A DNA stretch of 10,623 nt from IMG/VR virus record IMGVR_UViG_3300012138_000051, positions 1 to 10,623 of that record; one strand, given 5' to 3'. Source of the DNA: a virus. The notes below the pieces were generated by a model. The model saw only the letters and a list, made by a program, of their open reading frames with translations, did not search any database and was not told the DNA's origin. Numbering within the stretch: position 1 is the stretch's first letter; the number at the start of each line of letters is the position of its first letter. Shown here piece by piece: positions 1-6,549 of the stretch. The position numbers were made by a program, and so were the translations under genes.

Positions 1-2
1 TA

Positions 3-19
3 TCCCAAAACAGGGACGA
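3..19. repeat. Copy 1 of a 17-bp direct repeat TCCCAAAACAGGGACGA (contains the TCCC/GGGA inverted core), immediately upstream of the SD of the XRE gene
   Basis: Read directly; identical 17-mer recurs at 245..261. Confidence 0.9.
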
Positions 20-34
20 TTGGAGGTGGAGAGA

Positions 35-298
35 ATGCTTGATAAAAATAGATTCCGAAGTGCTGTCGCAAGAGCAGGATTGACGCATTACGAACTTGCA
101 AAAAAGATCGGCATGTCAAAGAATACGCTTAGCAATAAGGTTAACGGGAAAAGTTATTTTGACACAGAGCAAATCGATTTAATATGTGATGTCCTCGATA
201 TTGATGAGCCTGCTGAAAAGGTACATATTTTTTTAGCCAAATCGTCCCAAAACAGGGACGAAAAAAATCAAAGCGAAGGCAACAAGAAGGCAGGTTAG
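35..298 (+). CDS. XRE (Cro/CI-type) helix-turn-helix transcriptional regulator, 87 aa from ATG 35 (ORF track starts at TTG 20)
   Basis: The segment LTHYELAKKIGMSKNTLSNKVNG is a typical HTH_3-type helix-turn-helix. GGAGG at 22..26 lies 8 nt before ATG 35, the same spacing as the other genes here. Confidence 0.8.
   Translation: MLDKNRFRSAVARAGLTHYELAKKIGMSKNTLSNKVNGKSYFDTEQIDLICDVLDIDEPAEKVHIFLAKSSQNRDEKNQSEGNKKAG
245..261. repeat. Copy 2 of the 17-bp direct repeat; here it extends to a CGTCCC-N6-GGGACG hairpin/palindrome (243..260) inside the 3' end of the XRE gene
   Basis: Read directly; encodes SQNRD in the XRE frame. Confidence 0.9.
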
Positions 299-320
299 GG
301 GAAAGGAGGCAGAAAACCAT

Positions 321-491
321 ATGAACGAAGAACAATTCAGGGAATTAAAAAGAGAACTGGGGAACATACTTTTCGAACTCAACTACATGAGAAAATCATA
401 TGACCTAAGCAATGGACCAAGTTATTCAGGCGTGGTGTTACTGGCAATTATCGTATCTGTAATTACAACACTTATAGCGCTCCATTTATAG
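321..491 (+). CDS. Small (56 aa) protein with an amphipathic/charged N-terminus and a single C-terminal transmembrane helix; below the ORF-track length cutoff
   Basis: Hand translation: MNEEQFRELKRELGNILFELNYMRKSYDLSNGPSYSGVVLLAIIVSVITTLIALHL*. GGAGG at 305..309 is 11 nt upstream of the ATG, longer than the N8 seen elsewhere. It fills the gap the ORF track leaves between 298 and 588. Confidence 0.45.
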   Translation: MNEEQFRELKRELGNILFELNYMRKSYDLSNGPSYSGVVLLAIIVSVITTLIALHL

Positions 492-579
492 CAAGAGTGA
501 TTAATGTAGTTACTATAGCGACAATAGTAGGAAAAATAAAATACAGATTTTCGCCGAATTTACGGAGTACATACCACAT
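472..579 (-). CDS. Candidate 35-aa hydrophobic peptide (MWYVLRKFGENLYFIFPTIVAIVTTLITLAINGAL); its 3' end overlaps the 3' end of the + strand 56-aa ORF by 20 nt
   Basis: Hand translation of the reverse complement. Charged N-terminus plus one predicted TM segment. No recognisable SD. It starts 5 nt after the stop of the 59-aa minus-strand ORF, in another frame. Confidence 0.2.
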   Translation of the reverse strand: MWYVLRKFGENLYFIFPTIVAIVTTLITLAINGAL

Positions 580-583
580 ATTA

Positions 584-763
584 CTACATGGCAGGGCGAG
601 TTATCACCTCATTTAGATTACTTAATAGGTTATTAGTTACAAGTGTCGGTGAAGCATTTAATGCACCTGCGAAAGAATCAAGAGCGCCGCCTAGTTTAAG
701 CACGGGGCTATCATCAGATTCGCCAACTAAAGTATTTAATCCAGTACGTAAATTATTAGTCAT
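584..763 (-). CDS. Candidate 59-aa protein (MTNNLRTGLNTLVGESDDSPVLKLGGALDSFAGALNASPTLVTNNLLSNLNEVITRPAM), antisense to the 79-aa + ORF of the track
   Basis: Hand translation. Its composition (N/L/T/G/A/D-rich, helical periodicity) looks more protein-like than the S/R/L-rich + strand 79-aa ORF. It lies downstream of a good minus-strand promoter at 949..977. The SD is weak (GAAG), and it could be one frameshifted gene together with 472..579. Confidence 0.3.
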   Translation of the reverse strand: MTNNLRTGLNTLVGESDDSPVLKLGGALDSFAGALNASPTLVTNNLLSNLNEVITRPAM

Positions 764-835
764 ATCTTCAGTATTTATCCAAATTTGTTACTCCGCTAAA
801 AAGCGTGGCTATGTCATTTCTGCATAGCTCTCATA

Positions 836-931
836 GTCGCCTACGAGTCCAGACTGTGCCTTCAACCTATTGCGAGTAGGTTGCTCCGTGTCCAGTCGTT
901 ACACCTTCCCTTAAAAGGGCTTGGCTCGGCG
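836..931 (-). other. GC-rich (about 57% by hand count versus about 40% around it) non-coding segment with a perfect 7-bp/7-nt-loop hairpin (863..883); candidate structured 5' leader or small RNA
   Basis: No ORF with a credible start on either strand. CAACCTA-ttgcgag-TAGGTTG at 863..883, and CCC-ttaaaa-GGG at 908..919. It lies just downstream (leftward) of the minus-strand promoter. Confidence 0.3.
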
Positions 932-948
932 TTATCTGTATTAAGGAC

Positions 949-977
949 ATTATAAAGGATACGACAAATTTTTACAA
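949..977 (-). promoter_or_regulatory. Candidate sigma-A/sigma-70 promoter firing leftward: -35 TTGTAA (977..972), 17-nt spacer, -10 TATAAT (954..949)
   Basis: Read on the reverse complement: TTGTAAaaatttgtcgtatccttTATAAT. The -10 is perfect, the spacer optimal and the -35 a 4/6 match. Confidence 0.4.
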
Positions 978-978
978 T
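950..978 (+). promoter_or_regulatory. Weaker candidate rightward promoter overlapping the leftward one: -35 TTATAA (950..955), 17 nt, -10 TACAAT (973..978)
   Basis: The -10 is a 5/6 match and the -35 only 3/6. Some promoter is needed here to drive the 1010.. operon, because the preceding cassette points the other way. Confidence 0.25.
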
Positions 979-980
979 AA

Positions 981-996
981 CAAACAAACAAACAAA
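981..996. repeat. (CAAA)4 tetranucleotide repeat in the leader just upstream of the RBS of the 1010 gene
   Basis: Read directly: caaacaaacaaacaaa. Confidence 0.9.
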
Positions 997-1009
997 GAAA
1001 GGTAAGAAG

Positions 1010-1261
1010 ATGTTTAAAGGCGAAGATAGAAAAATAGAACTACTTGAAAAGAGTATTCATCATCTTTGGCAAGACAATGGAGAATTAAAAAAGAGAATCT
1101 CCGAATTAGAAGATATGATTCGCACCCGGCAAGAAACTGACGTAAAAATCACTACAAAGAAAGCCCGCTGCGCTAGCGATATTACGAAAGTCACGCACTA
1201 CATAGAAGTAACGACGGACAGCCTAGAAAGTTTTTTAGGAAATGGAGGTATTATAACATGA
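1010..1261 (+). CDS. Hypothetical protein, 83 aa, N-terminal coiled-coil-like segment
   Basis: ORF track. GAAAGG lies upstream of the ATG. The stop overlaps the next start (ATGA), indicating translational coupling. Confidence 0.6.
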   Translation: MFKGEDRKIELLEKSIHHLWQDNGELKKRISELEDMIRTRQETDVKITTKKARCASDITKVTHYIEVTTDSLESFLGNGGIIT

Positions 1262-1470
1262 GTAAAGAAACAGCAGACAATAAGATGCTCACTATAAAAG
1301 ACATTACGGAAACTTATGGAGTATCCATGAACACTGCCCTTAAGTGGTGCAGGGAAAAAGGTTCAAAAGCTACAAGAACCGGTAACGGTAGCAGGTCACA
1401 TTGGAGATACGAAAAGCGATTACTAGATGCCAAACTAAGTGAAAATGCAGAACCTTACAAAAGCGCATAG
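1258..1470 (+). CDS. Excisionase/MerR-like (HTH_17-type) helix-turn-helix DNA-binding protein, 70 aa
   Basis: MLTIKDITETYGVSMNTALKWCREKG resembles the excisionase-family HTH. GGAGG at 1244..1248 is 9 nt before the ATG. Confidence 0.65.
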   Translation: MSKETADNKMLTIKDITETYGVSMNTALKWCREKGSKATRTGNGSRSHWRYEKRLLDAKLSENAEPYKSA

Positions 1471-1483
1471 GAGGGCAAATCAA

Positions 1484-1729
1484 TTGAGAAAGTTTCTTAA
1501 CCTCTTAAAAACAGCCCAACTCGCCCTCCTGATATCCCTTATCCTCACTTGCATGGGAATGACAGCCAAGCAGATACCGGATACCAGGGGTGGGATAGGG
1601 TTATTGGTGATATTCGGGTTGATGTGGATATTGGAGGGGATTAAATACATAATCTGGGAAAGGAGAACCAAGAATGTTAGAAATCACAAATATTACAGAG
1701 GAAGGAACACGGGATATAAAAGCAGATAA
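1484..1729 (+). CDS. Small two-TM membrane protein, 81 aa from TTG 1484 (ORF track starts at GTG 1439)
   Basis: AGGAGG at 1469..1474 is 9 nt before TTG 1484, which follows the stop of the previous gene. There are two hydrophobic helices (LALLISLILTCMGM and IGLLVIFGLMWIL) and a basic tail. The last 56 nt overlap the next ORF. Confidence 0.5.
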   Translation: MRKFLNLLKTAQLALLISLILTCMGMTAKQIPDTRGGIGLLVIFGLMWILEGIKYIIWERRTKNVRNHKYYRGRNTGYKSR

Positions 1730-2006
1730 TATTGCCATGAAGAACAATATCGTAGACTTATGTGACCTCGTTAAGGGCAGTACTGGACTGTGCGCATCAT
1801 ATATTTATTACGGCTCCGCGCTTGGATTTGATATTAATGTGTTCAAAAAGGCGAATGATGAGGAACTTAAAATCGAGAAATATTTTAGCTTTCCTATGGA
1901 CGTGCCGTTTAATGGAGAGATGTACGAACAGTGTATTTCAGTATTAACTGGAATCATAGAAAAAGAATCCCAAGAAGCGGTAACTTCAAGGGATTCAGAT
2001 AGTTAA
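1674..2006 (+). CDS. Hypothetical acidic protein, 110 aa
   Basis: ORF track. GGAG at 1661..1664 is 9 nt before the ATG. No motif recognised. Confidence 0.6.
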   Translation: MLEITNITEEGTRDIKADNIAMKNNIVDLCDLVKGSTGLCASYIYYGSALGFDINVFKKANDEELKIEKYFSFPMDVPFNGEMYEQCISVLTGIIEKESQEAVTSRDSDS

Positions 2007-2056
2007 AAATAATATTTTTATACGTGAATTATATCACGAGATTGGAGGATTAGTCA

Positions 2057-3334
2057 ATGAGTATTAAAATTAATAAGCTTGAAATAGAAAACGTCAAGCG
2101 TATCAAGGCAGTCAAGATTGAGCCTACCGCTAATGGTTTAACTATAGTCGGCGGCAAAAATAATCAGGGAAAGACCTCAGTTCTTGACTCTATCGCATGG
2201 GCATTAGGAGGGGATAAATACCGTCCGTCACAAGCACAGCGAGAGGGTTCGGTGATACCGCCAAATTTACACATTGTATTAAATAACGGCCTTATTGTAG
2301 AACGCAAAGGCAAAAATAGTGATCTGAAAGTCATTGATCCCGATGGAAACAAGGGCGGTCAGCAGCTGCTTAACAGTTTTGTAGAACAACTTGCCATAGA
2401 TTTGCCCAGATTTATGGAATCCAATGACAAAGAAAAGGCTCAGACCTTGCTTAAAATTATAGGGGTTGGTGATAAACTTGCAGAGTTTGAGGCTCAGGAG
2501 AAGGAATTATACAATCGCCGTCTTACCATTGGTCAGATTGCGGACCAGAAAAAGAAATTTGCCAAAGAACAATTATATTATCCCGACGCACCCAAGGAGC
2601 CGGTATCCGCATCAGATATGATTAAACAACAGCAAGAGATACTTGCTAAAAATGGAGAGAATCAACGTAAGCGTGAACGATTGTACGATCTTGAATCACA
2701 GGCAGGTCGGATTCAGGAACAGCTTGACGAATTACTAAAAAAGCAGTCTGAGGTTCTTGCTGATTTAGAGATTGCAAAAAAATCAGCTATTGACTTACGT
2801 GATGAATCCACGGAAGAACTCGAAAGAAATATTTCTAATATAGAAGAAATCAATCGGAAAGTGAGGGCTAACCTTGACAAAGACAAAGCGGAAGAAGATG
2901 CCTTAAATTACGAAGACCAATATAATAAACTAACCGCTGAAATAACAAATATTAGAGAGCAGAAAACCGATTTGTTAACAAATGCCGATCTGCCGCTACC
3001 TGGACTATCGGTAGATGATGGGAGCCTTATTTATAATAACCAGAAATGGGACAATATGTCTGGTTCAGACAGACTGAAAGTAGCTACGGCTATTGTAAGG
3101 AAGCTTAATCCTAGCTGCGGATTCGTCCTCTTGGATAAATTAGAGCAGATGGACGTTGATGCTTTACAGGAGTTTGGACAATGGCTTGAACAGGAAGGGT
3201 TGCAAGCTATCGCCACCCGCGTATCAACCGGAGATGAATGCTCCATCGTAATAGAAGATGGGTATGTTGTTGGTGAAGAAAATTTAATCCAGGAAGAACA
3301 AAAAGAAAGCAAATGGAAGGCAGGCGAATTTTAA
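2057..3334 (+). CDS. SMC/Rad50/RecF-like AAA ATPase with a central coiled coil (phage recombination/replication-associated)
   Basis: N-terminal Walker A GGKNNQGKTS, a long E/K/L/Q-rich coiled-coil middle and a C-terminal Walker B-like FVLLDKLEQMD. GGAGG is 8 nt before the ATG. Confidence 0.85.
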   Translation: MSIKINKLEIENVKRIKAVKIEPTANGLTIVGGKNNQGKTSVLDSIAWALGGDKYRPSQAQREGSVIPPNLHIVLNNGLIVERKGKNSDLKVIDPDGNKGGQQLLNSFVEQLAIDLPRFMESNDKEKAQTLLKIIGVGDKLAEFEAQEKELYNRRLTIGQIADQKKKFAKEQLYYPDAPKEPVSASDMIKQQQEILAKNGENQRKRERLYDLESQAGRIQEQLDELLKKQSEVLADLEIAKKSAIDLRDESTEELERNISNIEEINRKVRANLDKDKAEEDALNYEDQYNKLTAEITNIREQKTDLLTNADLPLPGLSVDDGSLIYNNQKWDNMSGSDRLKVATAIVRKLNPSCGFVLLDKLEQMDVDALQEFGQWLEQEGLQAIATRVSTGDECSIVIEDGYVVGEENLIQEEQKESKWKAGEF

Positions 3335-4483
3335 ATGCAGATTATTACAGGTAAAATAGCAAGCGCACAGAAGGTTATCATCTATGGTCCCGAGGGAATT
3401 GGCAAATCAACAATTGCTTCAAAGTTTCCGAATCCTTTATTTATAGATACTGAGGGCAGTACCAAACATATGAACGTAGCCAGAACACCTAAGCCCAGTA
3501 GCTGGACAATGCTCATGGAGCAGGTTCGCTATGTCAGGGATAATGCCGGTGTATGCAAGACGCTTGCGATAGATACAGCGGATTGGGCCGAACAACTTTG
3601 TATTGAAGAAATATGCTCGAAAAATCAGAAAAAAGGCATTGAAGACTTTGGTTATGGCAAAGGGTATACGTACCTTGCCGAAGAATTTGGAAGATTTCTC
3701 AATCTTCTTGAGGACGTTATTGAAAAAGGGATTCACGTCATCTTGACCGCTCACGCAAAAATGAGAAAGTTTGAGCAGCCTGACGAAATGGGGCAATATG
3801 ACAGATGGGAACTCAAGCTACAAAAACAAACAGCACCGCTTGTCAAAGAGTGGGCCGATATGATTTTATTTGCAAATTACAAGACCCATGTCATCAATGT
3901 GGACGGACAGGGCGCAGAAAAAGGAAGGAATAAGGTTCAGGGCGGGAAAAGAGTCATGTATGCAACCCATCACTCCTGCTGGGATGCCAAGAACCGTCAT
4001 GACTTACCGACTGAATTACCGTTTGATTACTCGGTAATTGCACATATATTTAATCAACCGCTAAAACGTGAGTCAGTCCCGCCGGTACAATCGTCCCATG
4101 CTGAAACTCAGCATCAAACGCAACCGGCAGCCGAACAGATGGAATCAGTCAATAAGGAGAATAATAACGAGCAGTTAAAAATGACATTAGATGCCTCTGT
4201 AAGTAAATCGCAAGAGCCGCCAGAAACAGCAAAGCCACAGCAAACACCGGAGAATATACCGAAAGGGTTAGAATCCGTCCCTAAAGCCCTAAGGGACTTG
4301 ATGATTGAAAACAAGGTGGATGCATGGGATATACAAGCAGTTGTTGCAAAACGCGGGTATTATACGGAAGATACGCCTATTGAAAATTATGACCCTAACT
4401 TTATCAATGGGGTATTGGTAGGAGCATGGGGACAGGTCTATAAGATGATACAGGAATTAAAAGAAGAAGTACCGTTTACTTAA
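3335..4483 (+). CDS. AAA_24 / Sak4-like RecA-fold ATPase (phage single-strand-annealing type) with a Q/P/E-rich linker and an extra C-terminal domain
   Basis: Walker A YGPEGIGKST and Walker B-like LAIDTADW; the overall layout is typical of the AAA_24 family. It starts directly after the stop of the upstream gene. Confidence 0.8.
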   Translation: MQIITGKIASAQKVIIYGPEGIGKSTIASKFPNPLFIDTEGSTKHMNVARTPKPSSWTMLMEQVRYVRDNAGVCKTLAIDTADWAEQLCIEEICSKNQKKGIEDFGYGKGYTYLAEEFGRFLNLLEDVIEKGIHVILTAHAKMRKFEQPDEMGQYDRWELKLQKQTAPLVKEWADMILFANYKTHVINVDGQGAEKGRNKVQGGKRVMYATHHSCWDAKNRHDLPTELPFDYSVIAHIFNQPLKRESVPPVQSSHAETQHQTQPAAEQMESVNKENNNEQLKMTLDASVSKSQEPPETAKPQQTPENIPKGLESVPKALRDLMIENKVDAWDIQAVVAKRGYYTEDTPIENYDPNFINGVLVGAWGQVYKMIQELKEEVPFT

Positions 4484-4510
4484 ATAATATAAAAATTGGA
4501 GGAATAGAGA

Positions 4511-4963
4511 ATGAGCGCAGAATTAGGAAGAGAGTTAGGCTGGGATGATGAAATTGAAAAAGATGGGAATGATTATGTCACATTGCCAGAAGGAGATTAT
4601 GACTTTGAGATTGTCAGCTTTGAAAGGGCGAGGCATCCGGGCAGTGAAAAACTGCCGCCGTGCAACAAAGCAGTCGTAAAAATCAAGGTAGAGGCAGAAC
4701 AGGGGGTTGCATTGTTTAATCATAACCTATTCTTACACACAAATACCGAAGGCATGCTGTCGGCATTCTTTGCCGGCATCGGACAAAAGAAAAAAGGCGA
4801 AAAAGTTACTATGAATTGGAGTTTGGTCCCCGGTTCCACAGGCAAAGCAAAAATAGGCATCCGTAAATATACACCGGAAGGCGGCGAAGAACGTACCTAT
4901 AATGAGGTTAGGAAGTTTTATCCAAAGGAAGAAGCCAGGACTTTTGAAGCCGGGAGGTTTTAA
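4511..4963 (+). CDS. DUF669-like phage protein (putative ssDNA-binding partner of Sak4-type ATPases)
   Basis: Size of 150 aa, an N-terminal motif of the type '..LPEGDYDFEIVSFE..', and a position between Sak4-like and helicase genes, which is the usual synteny. GGAGG is 8 nt before the ATG. Confidence 0.65.
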   Translation: MSAELGRELGWDDEIEKDGNDYVTLPEGDYDFEIVSFERARHPGSEKLPPCNKAVVKIKVEAEQGVALFNHNLFLHTNTEGMLSAFFAGIGQKKKGEKVTMNWSLVPGSTGKAKIGIRKYTPEGGEERTYNEVRKFYPKEEARTFEAGRF

Positions 4964-4965
4964 AG

Positions 4966-6546
4966 ATGGAATTACGCCCATATCAACAACAAGCCAAGGA
5001 ATCTATTTTTGCTGAATGGGATAAAGGAACTCAAAGAACGCTCTTGGTATTGCCTACGGGCTGCGGTAAGACGATTGTGTTTAGTAAGGTGGTTGAGGAT
5101 TGCGTGCGGAATGGGGAGAGGGTATTAATCCTCGCCCACCGTGGGGAGCTTTTAGACCAGGCGGCCGATAAGCTGTCTCAGTCCACTGGATTGGGATGCG
5201 CCGTAGAAAAAGCAGAAGAAAGCTGCCTCGGTAGCTGGTTCAGGGTAGTTGTTGGCTCAGTTCAGACACTTATGAGAGAGAAGCGCTTGAGCCAATTCTC
5301 CCCTGATTTCTTCAGCAGTATCATCGTAGACGAGGCGCACCACAGCATATCAGATAGTTATCAAAGGGTATTAAATCACTTTGAGGAGGCAAAGATACTA
5401 GGCGTAACTGCCACGCCGGACAGGGGAGATATGAAAAATCTCGGAGTTTATTTTGAGTCATTAGCCTATGAATATACCTTGCCTAAAGCCATTAAAGAGG
5501 GATACCTTTCCCCCATCAAAGCCTTGACTATACCTCTGAAACTGGATTTATCGGGAGTCAGTCAACAGGCAGGGGATTTTAAAGCGGCTGACCTCGGGAG
5601 CGCCCTAGATCCATACCTGTATCAAATCGCAGATGAAATGTTAAAACATTGCATTAACCGTAAGACGGTTGTGTTCCTGCCGCTTGTAAAGACAAGTCAG
5701 AAGTTTAGGGATATTTTAAATGAAAAGGGATTCAAGGCGGCGGAAGTTAATGGTAACAGCACAGATAGAGCTGAGATTTTAGCAGACTACGATTCGGACA
5801 AATATAATGTATTATGCAATTCTATGTTGTTAACAGAGGGCTGGGATTGCCCATCGGTTGACTGCATCGTTGTATTACGCCCGACAAAAATAAGAAGCTT
5901 GTATAGTCAAATGGTCGGACGCGGTACCCGATTATGTCCCGGCAAGGAAGACTTGTTATTATTGGATTTTTTATGGCATACGGAACGCCATGAATTATGT
6001 CACCCTGCGCACCTGATATGCGAGAATGAAGAAGTCGCACAGGTAATGACTAAGAATATCGAAGAAGCAGGTTGTCCGATTGATATCGGGGAAGCCGAAG
6101 AGAAAGCCAGTGAAGACGTTATATCACAACGCGAGGAAGCTCTGGCTAAACAATTACAGGAAATGAAGCATCGAAAAAAGAAGCTCGTAGATCCATTGCA
6201 ATTCGAAATGAGCATACAAGCTGAGGATCTTTCGGGATATGTGCCGGCATTTGGCTGGGAAATGTCCCCACCATCAGATAAGCAAGTCAAAACCTTAGAA
6301 AAATTAGGGATACTACCAGATGAAATTGATAATGCCGGCAAAGCAACAAAACTATTAGACAGGCTAGACAAGCGGCGCAGAGAAGGCTTGACAACGCCTA
6401 AGCAAATAAGATTTTTAGAGAGTCGCGGGTTTCAGCATGTAGGTACATGGAAATTTGAAAATGCAAAGAGCCTGATTGACAGGATAGCAGGCAATGGCTG
6501 GCGTATACCACATGACATTATTCCTCATGAGTATAAAGGAGCGTAA
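4966..6546 (+). CDS. Superfamily 2 DEAD/DEAH-box helicase (ResIII + Helicase_C) with a C-terminal tandem helical repeat
   Basis: Motif I LPTGCGKT, motif II VDEAHH, motif III VTATP and motif VI QMVGRGTR. GGAGG is 8 nt before the ATG. Confidence 0.9.
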   Translation: MELRPYQQQAKESIFAEWDKGTQRTLLVLPTGCGKTIVFSKVVEDCVRNGERVLILAHRGELLDQAADKLSQSTGLGCAVEKAEESCLGSWFRVVVGSVQTLMREKRLSQFSPDFFSSIIVDEAHHSISDSYQRVLNHFEEAKILGVTATPDRGDMKNLGVYFESLAYEYTLPKAIKEGYLSPIKALTIPLKLDLSGVSQQAGDFKAADLGSALDPYLYQIADEMLKHCINRKTVVFLPLVKTSQKFRDILNEKGFKAAEVNGNSTDRAEILADYDSDKYNVLCNSMLLTEGWDCPSVDCIVVLRPTKIRSLYSQMVGRGTRLCPGKEDLLLLDFLWHTERHELCHPAHLICENEEVAQVMTKNIEEAGCPIDIGEAEEKASEDVISQREEALAKQLQEMKHRKKKLVDPLQFEMSIQAEDLSGYVPAFGWEMSPPSDKQVKTLEKLGILPDEIDNAGKATKLLDRLDKRRREGLTTPKQIRFLESRGFQHVGTWKFENAKSLIDRIAGNGWRIPHDIIPHEYKGA

Positions 6547-6549
6547 TCT

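Noticed and set aside
1-83. Partial + strand ORF entering from the left edge and stopping at TGA 81..83
   Set aside because: Only 27 codons are visible, it would overlap the XRE gene by about 50 nt, and it shows no motif. It is mentioned only as one explanation for the 17-bp repeat, not annotated.
588-827. 79-aa + strand ORF from the track
   Set aside because: It has no SD before its ATG and an S/R/L/P-rich composition typical of antisense shadow frames. It lies opposite a more protein-like minus-strand ORF that is downstream of a good promoter. It is kept only as an alternative in the cassette finding.
836-931. tRNA or tRNA fragment (possible attachment-site core) in the GC-rich gap
   Set aside because: No cloverleaf could be drawn and there is no GTTCRAnnC T-loop motif or acceptor/CCA context. 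Only isolated hairpins are present.
2023-2038. CGTGA-N6-TCACG inverted repeat upstream of the SMC-like ATPase gene
   Set aside because: The arms are only 5 bp in an AT-rich spacer, which is compatible with chance, and there is no second copy or promoter context.
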